Source: Zootoca vivipara (taxonomy: Eukaryota). From it: 64,000 bases of DNA. Positions 1-11,561 of this stretch are shown here, one piece after another. The stretch is from positions 27,652,001-27,716,000 of the forward strand of contig NC_083287.1 in assembly GCF_963506605.1 (NCBI RefSeq). Reading direction: 5' to 3'. The position numbers were made by a program, and so were the translations under genes. The notes beneath the pieces were generated by a model. The model had not been told where the DNA came from. It was given only the letters and a program-made list of their open reading frames with translations, and did no database searches. How positions within the stretch are numbered: position 1 is the stretch's first letter; every line of letters starts with the position of its first letter.

Positions 1-23
1 GCACCCCCAGGGAAGCTGTAGAC

Positions 24-159
24 CAGGCACCCCCAAACTTCGGCCCTCCAGATGTTTTGGACTACAATTCCCATCTCCCCCGACCTCTGGTCCTGTTAGC
101 CAGGGATCATGGGAGTTGTAGGCCAAAACATCTGGAGGGCCACAGTTTGGGGATGCCTG
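24..159. mobile_element. 136-bp palindromic hAT-type MITE
   Basis: TIRs CAGGCA(C/T)CCCCAAACT...AGTTTGGGGATGCCTG; same family as six other copies in the window. Confidence 0.85.
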
Positions 160-1516
160 TTCTAGAGCAAGTGAGCGTTGCCCCACCTTAAATCACAGTC
201 CCATAGTGTCTGGACTGGAGTAAGTCCCATTGAATTCAGCGGGTATAGGACTGAAGCCCTCATCAGTTTGTTTTAGCTTTGTGAAATTTGAACTGTCCAT
301 CATTAAATGTTCCATATTGCACCAAAGGCTGGAAGCACAAAATCTCATATTGGGCTTGCAAAAACTACTAAAGCATCACATGAAGTTATCATGATGGATC
401 AGTATGAATTTCTTTCTTGGTTAATATTGCTCCAGATACCATTACCGTTTGGTGAGCTTTTCTTGTCTCTGTGATGAGAAAAATAAACTTGACGGATGAT
501 CCAGTATTTGAATTGCACAAGATTGAATTCTTTCTTCAGAGTGGATGAACATAAGGTCGCAGGCATGCTTTTTGTCAGTGACAACACAGGAAGAAAATCT
601 GAAAGCTCTCCAAACAGAATTTTGTGGCTCTTAAAATTGCAGTGATAATTCTTTTAGACTAAATATTCCTGATGGTCACATACAAAATGGACATATAAAT
701 GAAAAATGGTGAATATAACCAGGATATAATAGCAGTATGCGTCTATGGGAATTGTTATCTTTTCTATATTCAGGGATTAGAGACTTAACAAGCGATTAAA
801 GTTTTAAATTAGAACCAGCTATTAACAGTGACTGCATTTTTACATGTTCTACATTTGTTTTGACAAGGGGTTGTTGTATAACTCTGATAGGATAGTCCAT
901 GTAAAGGAATGAAACTCGGGGATTAAGAGAGAGTTCTTATTTTTGCATTCCCCACCCCACCCCACTCCACAAGATAGTTGAGTTTCCCAAATATATGCTG
1001 CATGTACTGTTGCTGCCAATATCTTTTAGTTTGGTACCTAGCTTGCCTTATTAGTCAAACCATACACCTACACCAATCCTGCAGTCATGCAAAGTTTCTG
1101 TTAAAACTGTTCTATGCAGCTGAACAGAAAGTATTCACCTCCTTAACTTGTTTGATGGAAGAGAGGCAGGGCCCATCTAAGACAGTCTGCTAAAAAGTTG
1201 CAAGACGTTCTGAAGGAAAGGACAAATGATGTCTCCTGCCCCATTTGCCACATACAGAAGCTGACTGGAATGGCTGTGAAATGCTTGGAAATTAAACAAA
1301 GGGTCTGCTGGTTTCTCTTTAAGGTTTCCAGACTCAAAAGAGAGCAGGGCAATTAAAGGCACAGAAGTCCTGTCCTCTATTGAGTCTGGCAACCCTAGTT
1401 GTGTGTGTGTGGTTGTTGTTGTTTTTTTAAAACACACCATAGTCCAGGTGAAACAAATATAATGCAGGAACAGGTTAAAAGACTCAAGGTGGTGGTGGGG
1501 AAATATTTGCTTGGAG

Positions 1517-1585
1517 TTGAAATGACATCAAGCTAGGCTCCAGATAAGTCGTTTTGAAATGACATCAAGCTAGGCTCTAGATAAG
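1517..1585. repeat. Short direct duplication (two 32-bp copies, period 37)
   Basis: TTGAAATGACATCAAGCTAGGCTC(C/T)AGATAAG at 1517 and 1554. Confidence 0.85.
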
Positions 1586-1762
1586 GGCATTTTGTAGCCA
1601 CCACTCGAAGGGCTGCCTCCCTAGTTGCCATTTCTCACACTTCACCTGCCAGGGGCACTCTTGGAACTCCTTCTTGCTTGCTTTGAAAAGAAGGTCTCTG
1701 GTTTTGTCCCAGATTTTGTATCTACACCAGTCCTAATTATGGTTAATGCTAACCATCTTAAC

Positions 1763-1898
1763 CAGGCATAGGCAAATTCGGCCTTCCAACTGTTTTGGGA
1801 CCACAACTCCCATCATCCCTAGCTAACAGGGCCAATGGTCAGGGATGATGGGAACTGTAGTCCCAAAACAGCTGGAGGGCTGAGTTTTCCTATGCCTT
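1763..1898. mobile_element. 136-bp hAT MITE (CAGGCATAGGCAA subtype)
   Basis: TIRs plus perfect 8-bp TSD ATCTTAAC (1755-1762, 1899-1906). Confidence 0.9.
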
Positions 1899-2006
1899 AT
1901 CTTAACCATGGTTTGCACACCCTGATGACTGTTAACAATGGTTAGTTTTGATGCAGATGTAATGTGAGAATCCAGGGGTAGCCAACACACAGTATCCTCC
2001 AAATGC

Positions 2007-2140
2007 TCACAGAATCACAGACTGTAGAGTTGGAAGGGACCACAAGAGTCCAACCCAGTGCAATGCAGGAATCTTTCACCCAATGTAGGGGCTTGAACCC
2101 ACAACCCTGAGATTAAGAGTCTCACAATCCACCGCCTGAG
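2007..2140 (-). mobile_element. tRNA-Lys(CTT)-headed SINE with CR1-type tail (P.s.1/SINE-like), inside an older hAT MITE
   Basis: Minus strand reads GAGACTCTTAATCTCAGGGTTGTGGGTTCAAGCCCC, then ATTCCTGCATTGCA...CCCTTCCAACTCTAC. Confidence 0.8.
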
Positions 2141-4089
2141 GACTACAGTTCCTGTCAGCCCCAGGCTGTAAGATCGGGGATTATGGATGCTGCAATTCAC
2201 AACATCTGCAGGGTAGCACATTTGTTACCTTTGTACAAGACTAGGAGATTGTGCACTATTTATAATGGTGGCAGCATATTGTACGGTACGGAGTGAGTCA
2301 CATCCATGTTATTCAGAATGCCATTTTATGGACACGTTATGGATATACTCTTTGAATTTCTGGAAACGGATTGTCATATAAGTGACTCATGGCACTTATA
2401 AGAGAGGGATTTGATTACAAAGAACACTGATTCTTTCTATATGCCCAAGTGATCTTTGGACTTGTGTTTTCAAAGAGCAATCTCCCATGTTGCATGGAAA
2501 ACTTTGATTGACACTAATGAAGTTTTCAAAAGCATTTTTAGTTATGGCCTAGGAGCCTGCTGTTCCAAAAGAAGAGTAAATCAGAAATTATGCTTGGCAC
2601 ATTCAAACACATCTCTTGGATCCTGGCCATTATGTATTATCAGAATTGTAGCAGAATTTTATTTAGCTAGTTTAATACTTACAGCATAATAACCTGCAAG
2701 ATTTCTTTAGAACTGGAAAGTATTGTAAAACTATAGTAATGCATAAACCCCAGTTTCCTACTGAAATCATTGTAAAAATATTTTATGTCCTTATTTAACT
2801 TCTGAATAACTTTTTTCCTGTATTTATAGTTCAGCTGCAAATGTAATGAAGTTTGAAGTAATATAAGCTGTTAAATGTTTTCATGATGAGTGCAGTGTTT
2901 ATTGCTTGATAGATTAATGTCAGCTAGGCTGACATTAGGGCTGTAATCCATGAATAAAATCTACAACTTCCAGAAAAATATATATCTACTTTGTTTCTTA
3001 GGGACCGAAGCTGAACTGTTTCACAAGATCTGTATAAATTTTGAAGGAGCTAATGCAGTCATTTATTTTTTGACAATTAAAAAGGGGCATATCTTTAATC
3101 AAGCAAAACTATAAATTGAAGCCTGGCAGTTTTTGTTTGGAACTTGCCTGGAGTTTTGTTTCTTAGCCACAAGTAATTATAATTTTCGGGGTTGAAGTTT
3201 GGACATATACTTTTTTCTTATAGAATACTTTAAACATATCAACATAATTTTGGCTTGAATTAAATTAAGTAGTCTAAAACCCCATGTCAGCAATGAAAGA
3301 GCATGTGCTACAATTCCCTTCCTGAATTCAAATGGTGTCAAATATGCTCACATTTGGTTGGAATGTTTCCAACGACCAGGATCTAAAGAGCTCCTTTAGA
3401 TCCTGGCATGCCCAGTGGGCTTTTTCTTCTTCTTTCTAACCTTGGCATTCATAGACTCCTGCGCTGTATCACAACCTGCTTTTGAAGTTCCAGGTGAGGT
3501 TTGCTGCTGCTGGTCAGACTTCCATTCAAGAAAAAGAAATCCAAATCTTCCTTGGGCACATGCAACTAGTCACACAGTCCTCTGGATTTAGTCCAATGTT
3601 TTTTTAGCATTAGCCTGCCAGTAAACTGTTTTGTTTCATTCCTAGAAAGCACAATAAGGGGGGGGGGGTGTTTTCCTATGGTGTGCAATGAACCTCATAA
3701 TTTCTTGGGCAAATGAAAATGATTCATGGTGCTGCTGCTGCATCTGCACTGCGCGTCTTATCTGGCTGTTTACCATTTTCGCATTGGCTTCCCTTTGTTC
3801 TAATGGAGTAGATGTCTGGGAAAAAAAACTGATAAGTGGAGGCCGGGCTTCATGCCTTTTTAACACGCCCAGGCTGTGCCGAAAATTAAATGAGTCATCA
3901 CTGAAATATCAATAGCTGTAGCAATGTGAGTTGGAAAATGATATATACTGTTTTGGTGGTCAGTTGGCAGGTGTTGCGGGCAAATGGGTGGTACAGATAT
4001 TAGGATGGGGATCTTCCTATTTATTTTGTTAGTTCATTTAAAGGATTTTCATCGCGCTCTTCAGCTGCATAAGGCTCCCAGGGTGACTT

Positions 4090-4439
4090 AAAGGTAAAAG
4101 TAAAGGGATCCCTGACCATTAGGTCCAGTCGTGACCGACTCTGGGGTTGCGCGCTCATCTCGCATTATTGGCCGAGGGAGCCGGCGTATAGCTTCCAGGT
4201 CATGTGGCCAGCATGACAAAGCCGCTTCTGGCAAACCAGAGCAGCACATAGCACAAACCAGAGCAGCTGTAGCGGTTCCTATTTATCTACTTGCATTTTG
4301 ACGTGCTTTTGAACTGCTAGGTCGGCAGGAGCTGGGACCTAGCAACGGGAGCTCACCCCGTCACAGGGATTCGAACCGCCGACCTTCTGATCAGCAAGCC
4401 CTAGGCTCAGTGGTTTAACCACAGCGCCACCTGGGTCCC
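4090..4439 (-). mobile_element. Sauria SINE
   Basis: GGGACCCAGGTGGCGCTGTGG head, GGTTCGAATCCC B box, and ACCTTT-type tail on the minus strand. Confidence 0.93.
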
Positions 4440-5874
4440 ACAGTCTAAATGGCATGACACAAAGGGAAAAGGGATTGTGAGGGGCTTCACCAGGGTGAAG
4501 GCCCCAGCTGTAACCTGGTGGGTGGGAAGATACCACTGGCCGTAATCAGTTCAGGTAACGAATCAAACCTGCAAGGTGCTTTGGGGATGAGGGCAGGGCA
4601 CTGGCCGCTTTGGATCTGCTGCATCCAAACCCCTTGTGGATCCCTCAACGGGCCTGATCCTCGGACTCCTTGGCTTTGCTAGCCTGGTGCTAGCATACCA
4701 AAAGCTAGCAAAACAACTGCTATCCCCCATCATCCACTTTGGCTGGCGTGAGCGAAGCTTAATATTTGGCAGTGGGGGGTCTGCCTCTCTGCTCCTCCCT
4801 ATGGGCTGTCCAGTTAATCAGTTTAAAAATGCCACTGGGAACAGATAATTGACGCTGGAAGTGCTAATGAGGAAGAGGGGATGGTTTTGTATTGATGGGT
4901 GGTTAAGTGCACCACCCAGTGAAGGCAACCAGTGCTGTTCTCTTTGCTGTAAAGTTACAAACCCGCTCCCAGCAGCTGTAACAGTACACTGCATTGAATC
5001 TTTTTTTTTCTTTTCTAAAGGCATAAGCATAAAATTTCCCACCTACTGCATGACTAATGAAGCTGTAGGTTTATACAAAGAAGTGTGTTCACAGCTAATA
5101 AAGCTGAAGACCTTTATTCGGAGCACCCCAGTATTGGACGTTTCATTTTCAATGTTTTCCAAATGAAAAAGCGGAATAAAAACAAACATTTTTTTGATGT
5201 CAACTGATATTTCATACAATGCATCTTTTTATGTGTGTAATATGAAGATGCACACTCTCTTGGGAGATCTCAGCCCTTGATGCCCTGTTTTCCCCTAACC
5301 CTTTTCATGCTACTGTGAACCAGTTAGCTCCCAGCATTCAAACTGTAAAGAGCATTGACATAATTTGTAATAAAAGCATAGAGAAGGTGAAAGAGAATTG
5401 CCAGAATCTGTAGCTATTCTGATCTGGTGGGTAACCTCTTCCAAATGTGATATTGAGCAGCCAAAACAAACCAACTGAAGGTTCTCCTTTTGGATTGTGT
5501 TTTTCCTTTGCTTTGTTGTTTCAGTTCATGTTAAGGTTGTGCATCCCTGTCCTAAGCATTGCTGCCACCAAGGCTGCAATCCTGTGTCCACTTCCCTGAG
5601 AGTAAGCTCTATTGGATTCAGCAGGACTTTCTTTTGAAATGCGTAGGATTGTGTTGTAAATCTACTTGCAATGCTGTAGCATTGTTGTGTGATCGCAGCC
5701 CTGTAAAGTTGGCCATTACTGTTATCCCCACATTCTAGGTTCCTGGCTAAGAGACAGTGACTTCTTTAAGACCTCCTGGTGTTTTTTTATGACTGAGTTG
5801 ACATTTGAACCAGTCATCTTTGGATTGTTGCTATTTCTCTTAGCCACTGTGCAACACCATCTCTCTGTCTAAAT

Positions 5875-6010
5875 CAGGCATCCCCAAACTGCGGCCCTCC
5901 AGATGTTTTGGCCTACAACTCCCATGATCCCTAGCTAACAGGACCAGTGGTCGGGGAAAATGGGAATTGTAGTCCAAAACATCTGGAGGGCCGAAGTTTG
6001 GGGGTGCCTG
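5875..6010. mobile_element. 136-bp hAT MITE
   Basis: TIRs; TSD GTCTAAAT/ATCTAAAT. Confidence 0.9.
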
Positions 6011-7691
6011 ATCTAAATCAACTCTGGTCACTCTGAGATCAGTGGTTTAAGAATGTTTTTCACTATTTTAGATTTTTTTAAAAAAATAAATAAATCATGT
6101 GCTTGCCACGCTTGGAATCCTTTGGGAGGAAGGGCAAGGTACAAACTAAATAAATAAATTGTAAGGATGGATTCCTTGCTCACATGAGTGAGATCAGCAG
6201 AGTGCCCGCCTTTGCAGCTTTAAACTTGGAAGCTAAGACAATGTTGATTTAAGCTTCTAGAAACAATAATCCATGATGCTTTAAGGCAGACTGGATTTCT
6301 CCTGGTATTACCCCTTTTCTCCCCCTTAAAAACAACAGCCACACACTCACTGTTGTGAAGAAGTAAAAGTAGTATTTACTTACATAAAATGTAAAGCAGC
6401 AGTTACAGTAGCAAAATGAAGGCAGGTTTATAACTAATATCTAAGTTAGAAAAGTACAGAATCTGAGTTCAGAATGGTGCCTGAGCTGCAGAGCTCAGAC
6501 ATGCATGTGTGGTCAGCTTCAATGCATGGTGAAGAAAAAGAGAGGTGCCCAGGCCCAGCTTCCTGTCAACACAAACAAAGGAAGTGATCTCAGAGTTCTC
6601 TCCAGCAAATTTTATAGGGAAGCTCTGAGTGCCTCAGCCCTTTCATGTGCCTATCTAGCAAAACGTGAATGGTTGGTTTGACTGCAATAATGTCCCACAT
6701 AAATAATACCGTAAATAGTGAATGTCAGAGTTTTCCTCTGTTGTAGTTGTTGGGGGCCTTATGCCTGTGATGGAGTAAAAACTGGTTGAGGCCACCCACC
6801 ACTCTCTATCATTTTCCCTTCTTACTCTCCATCCAGACAATTGACAAGAGGTCTGAACCGATAACTTGCAGATACTTTTTGTCCTCCTTTCATCACTTTA
6901 CAGTATTTTTTTTCAGCCGAGGGCCTTACACTGTTGCCCTCAGCACTTGAAGCTTGTTTATTATAATTCTACAAGATTAATTAGTGTCTAAGTAATCTTG
7001 TGGAAGAATAATAAACAGGACTATGATGCTGGGAGCAACAGTTGATTAATTCCCATTCCTTCTTCCAGAACACACACACACACACACACAAGAACAAGTG
7101 TTCTCCGACAAATGGTTCTTTATGTTAGGGTAAGACCCCCGCCCCCCAATCCCATGTGCATTGCATAGTGAAAGCAAGTCCTTTCATAGAGATCCCTTTA
7201 TTGCTCCAGAAGTGCACATGCTTTGAGGCAGTGGTGGGGAATTTGTTTCTATTTGAGGGCCACATTCCCTTCTGTCCAACTTTATGGGGGCCACATGGCA
7301 TTAGTGGGTGAGGCCAGTGGACGGAACAATGAATGTAACTTAAGCAAGAGATTTTGTCGGAGTTCAATGACACTAGGCCAAAAAAAGAAAAGAAAAGAAA
7401 AGGTGTGTGAATCAGAGCCAGTGAGGGGGGTGACCTGGGGAAGAATTGCATTGGAAAAATGCCAAATGCCAACCAAAGGGCTATGGAGGGGGCAAATTTG
7501 GGCCTGAGGTTCTTCAACTCTGATGCAATATGATCCCATGGGTGAGTGCCCACCAACATCTTTGTTGCTGATTTCTGCCAACTGAAGTTTCCAAAGGATC
7601 TTCAGAAGTTTGTCCATGCACAGTGCATTACAGTAAGAGTTTGAGGAAACAGTATGTAATGTGCAGGGTTAGAGCTTGTTATGGCCAATAT

Positions 7692-7827
7692 CAGGCATCC
7701 CCAAACTGCGGCCCTCCAGATGTTTTGGCCTACAACTCCCATGATCCCTAGCTAACAGGACTAGTGGTCGGAGAAGATGGGAGTTGTAGTCCAAAACATC
7801 TGGAGGGCCGAAGTTTGGGGATGCCTG
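7692..7827. mobile_element. 136-bp hAT MITE
   Basis: TIRs; TSD GCCAATAT/GCCTATAT. Confidence 0.9.
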
Positions 7828-7996
7828 GCCTATATGAAAGGAAAGAGGATCCCAACAAACAAGCTGTCATCAATCCAAGCAGAAGTGCCGGTGTAAAGGC
7901 AGCTTGTCTTATCGCTGGTTAAGGAAGGAAAAGGTCCCTGGATGCACGCATTGCACTGTGCTTCCCATGCCAAACATTGTGAACCCCAAATCCACG

Positions 7997-8132
7997 CAGG
8001 CATAGGCAACCTTTGGCTCCCAGATGTTTTGGAACTACGACTCCCATGATCCCTAGCTAACAGGGCCAGTGGTCAGGGATCATGGGAGTTGTAGTTCCAA
8101 AACATCTGGGAGCCAAAGGTTGCCTATGCCTG
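7997..8132. mobile_element. 136-bp hAT MITE (CAGGCATAGGCAA subtype)
   Basis: Near-perfect long terminal inverted arms; no clear TSD. Confidence 0.85.
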
Positions 8133-8874
8133 CTTGACTAGGGTCTCTAGTCTGTGGTTGCCAGAAGCGATGAGCAGTGGCACATATCCCTATTTCACCT
8201 TTTCTGCCTTCAGTCTGTTCTGTCTATTCTTTTCAGTGGCATTTTCTCTTACAATAGATACACTAAAAGTTACAGCCAGTATCTGAAGTATATTATTGTT
8301 CCAGTTATAAATGTTATGTATAATGAGTGGATCCGAGAAGAGAGATCGTATCTGAGAGAAAACATTTTTCTTACAATAGCAGAATTAAAAAGATACAGAA
8401 TATGTTTTCATTACTATGCAGGGGCACGTATACAGATTACAATGGAAGACTTTTTGCTGCTTTATATTTTAAATCAGACATTCTTTCAGATTAAAATAAA
8501 GCATTTAGAATTCTGAAAACAAGGTCCTTGAGATTTCTTGTAGAAAGCTCTTGAATTAAGTATTCACTTGTATGACTCAAAGTAATATCAAGTCTGAAAG
8601 ATAATTCGATTTAGCTTTGTCACCCAAAAGGCACTCCCAACTGGAAAAGGAAGGAGCTTTTGTGTGTCCAGAATTTTAACTAGCACATCTTAAACATTTT
8701 TAAAATAATTAGCATGGGTGCGGGGTTTTTTTAGAGTGAGAGAGAGACCAAAAATGTAAAACATGAATTAAAATATCCACTGCAGTGTTTAAAACATAAT
8801 ATTAAATATTGTCTTTTTAAACTACCGAAAATATACTAATGGTTTGGATCCCAACTTAATCATACTCAAGCATA

Positions 8875-9230
8875 CAGGTGAAACTCGGAAAATTAGAATA
8901 TCTTCAAAAAGTGCATTTATTTCAGTAATGCAACTTATTTTTTATTTTTATTTTAATTTTTACAAATGCTTTCTTTTGGAAATTCCACAGTAATAAAATA
9001 AATAGTTACAATAATACAAAAATAAACATTGCTATGACATTTCATTAATTACATTCCATTTATAATTGACCCGCCTATTGACAAATAATTACAATTACAA
9101 CAAATAAAGGCTTGACATATCTTGCTTTTCATGTCATGCATCTATCTCATATATTTGCTTCACCTTTTAAGTTGCATTACTGAAATAAATGCACTTTTCG
9201 ACGATATTCTAATTTTCCGAGTTTCACCTG
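8875..9230. mobile_element. Tc1-type non-autonomous element
   Basis: About 63-bp TIRs CAGGTGAAACTCGGAAAATTAGAATATC..., TA on both sides. Confidence 0.88.
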
Positions 9231-10564
9231 TATATTCATTGAAATAGGTGAGTAAAATCTCATTGCTTTCAGTGGGTTTGGCTTCAACCCAAAGCTCTTA
9301 TTGAATCTTCCTTTCATGTACTCTAGTGGATCAGCTTTCTTAAACAGATGAATAAAATGAATGTGTGGCTGTCAGGCGGTCTTAGGATTGTCCATTCTCT
9401 CCATGAAAAACATCTGAAAGGAGCTTTATGTTTGTTGAGTTGACTCCTGAAAAACTTTTGCGGGTGTGTAAGAGTTTTAAATATTTTTTCACCTCTCCCC
9501 ATTCCTACTAAAAATCTGTCAAAAGTTCCTTCCTTCCTTCCTTCCTGCTTCATGTTGGGATCTCTCAGTCATAAAATGTTCTTCCAACGTTCTAAGACCT
9601 TTTCTCCTTTGCAGTTAATTCGCCAGATTTATGATTTAAGCTTCTAATGGTTCTATTGTTCTCTACATCATTGACCCGTTGTTAGACAAAGTAGTACATG
9701 TAGCTTGAATACTCCCTGCTGTGCTGCTTCCTTCCTTGAGCAGGAAGACAAATTATATAGGCGCTGGCTTACCGTTGTGTCCTAACACGCACCTGTGGTC
9801 CTTCTTCCCACTGAACGAACTTTGATTGAGAAGCCAAATTTAAGGTAATACAAAGTCAGCTGCTCAGTGGTTTGTTTTCTTGCTCAAGGATGGGAGGAAC
9901 AAAGTGAGGAGGGATTGAGAGGGGTGCACAACCAAGCAGCATGCTCACCGACTAATTTGGCTAATAACATGCTTTATGGTCAGTGGTATGTGTAAATCAT
10001 TTATATCTAAATATGTTTATGGTCTGTGATGACTTAAAGTGATGACTGGTTTACACACAGCATCATCATCATTTTACCAGACAAGAGCGTCTGTCCTATT
10101 CCTTTTTCTTTCTCTGGGCTTACAATAGCTTCTTGATCAGCTATTGGCATGAATGTTGATGCTGATTTGTTCAAATGAAATCTCTTTTATTAAATTGCTG
10201 AAGCAGGCTGTCACTGAACTCCGCACGCTGACATTAAAGCTCTGGAATGTAATAGAATTAGCAATCCCAGTAGTAGCTTTAATAGCATTAAGTGTTAAGA
10301 CAACAATAAATTACATGGGACATCTATTTAAAAATAAGCTGGTTTTCAGAAAAATAATTCACCGTAACCTGAAATGAAACCTGCATGATTTTATTGAAAG
10401 TTCCATTGTGAACTTTTCCTCCTTTGACATATTAATTAACCAGAAACCATCCTCAAATTTTAACTGTAGACGATTGGCAGAATGAGCTGCACTGACTGTA
10501 GATCTTTCTTTTTCCTTTTTCTATGGCTTGCTATAATCAGAGGAGAAGAGGTTTGGGGCACCAG

Positions 10565-10700
10565 CAGGCATCCCCAAACTGCAGCCCTCCAGATGTTTTG
10601 GCCTATAACTCCCATGATCCCTAGCTAACAGGACCAGCGGTCGGGGAAGATGAGAATTGTAGTCCAAAACATCTGGAGGGCCGAAGTTTGGGGGTGCCTG
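10565..10700. mobile_element. 136-bp hAT MITE
   Basis: TIRs as above; no matching TSD. Confidence 0.88.
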
Positions 10701-10913
10701 GTCTACAGCTTCCCAGGGGTGCTATCTTTGTGCTACTAGCTCTGTACAGTCAGTGCGACGTGTCTCTTTGTTGTGTACATGCCTGGCATAGGAGAACATT
10801 CTGTCATAACTCAGCATAGTTACGTTCAGTGCATACCTGCCTTCCCATTGTGGAGGTTGCTGGTGGTAACAGAGGGGGATAAGGCGGCAGAGAGGGAGCC
10901 ACAGTGTGATGAT

Positions 10914-11059
10914 AATAGAATCCTAGAATTTGAAAGGATCCTGAGCATCATCTAGTCCAACCCTATGTAATGCAGGAATATGCAGTTATCCCATGCAGGG
11001 ATTGAACCTGCAACCTTGGCATTATCAGCACCATGCTCTAACCAACCGAGCTATCCAGG
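10914..11059 (-). mobile_element. tRNA-Ile-headed SINE with CR1-type tail
   Basis: Minus strand TAGCTCGGTTGGTTAGAGCATGGTGCTGATAATGCCAAGGTTGCAGGTTCAATCCC, then ATTCCTGCATT...GGTTGGACTAGATGA. Confidence 0.8.
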
Positions 11060-11350
11060 TGTGTTAGATTGATTCTGCCACTGTGTCTGTCCCACACTGA
11101 CCTCCCTACCCCACTCCCCCTTGGCTGCTGGCAGTGAAAAATAAATAAATGAGAAAATGCACATTAGAAAGGCAGGTGAGCAGTCAGTGCCTCCCCATCA
11201 TGCTCTGCGCAGCTGACTGCTTTGAGTTAGTATTAGTGCCAACTTTAAGTAAATACAGACGGAGACCAGCAATAAAGCATTGCAGTGAATCACCAGGTCC
11301 ATTTCTATTAAGGACTCCAGCCAGCCCAGGAATTTTGTAGCAGGGAAAGG

Positions 11351-11561
11351 GAGGCGTTCGTAAACGGAGCCATTCGCTCCTCGAAGGCACGCTTTTGCGC
11401 GTGTGCAGAGTGCCGATAGAGCGCTTCTGCATACACACATGCTTCGCAGAAGCGATCTGCGCATCTGACACCATGCAACCCGGATGTAAACACTTCCGGG
11501 TCCGCAGCGTTCATAAACGGAGGCGTTCGTAAACAGATAGTTGTAAACCGAGGTTCCACTG
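11351..11561. mobile_element. Partial Tigger/pogo-type MITE (one end)
   Basis: Terminal GTAAACCGAGGTTCCACTG+TA shared with the complete copies at 38232, 45168 and 49266. Confidence 0.75.

Noticed and set aside
24-159. pre-miRNA hairpins in the 136-bp palindromes
   Set aside because: Explained by MITE inverted repeats with 8-bp TSDs in sister copies; no evidence of processing.
2070-2140. tRNA-Lys gene
   Set aside because: Mutated D arm and acceptor stem, fused to a CR1 tail: a SINE head.
6350-6840. Possible solo LTR
   Set aside because: LTR-like texture, but no definable termini or TSD.
7125-7617. Overlapping 94-144 aa ORFs
   Set aside because: No domain similarity; the region looks like a decayed DNA-transposon relic.
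10990-11059. tRNA-Ile(GAT) gene
   Set aside because: Acceptor stem imperfect, CR1 tail attached, and a second decayed copy exists: a SINE.
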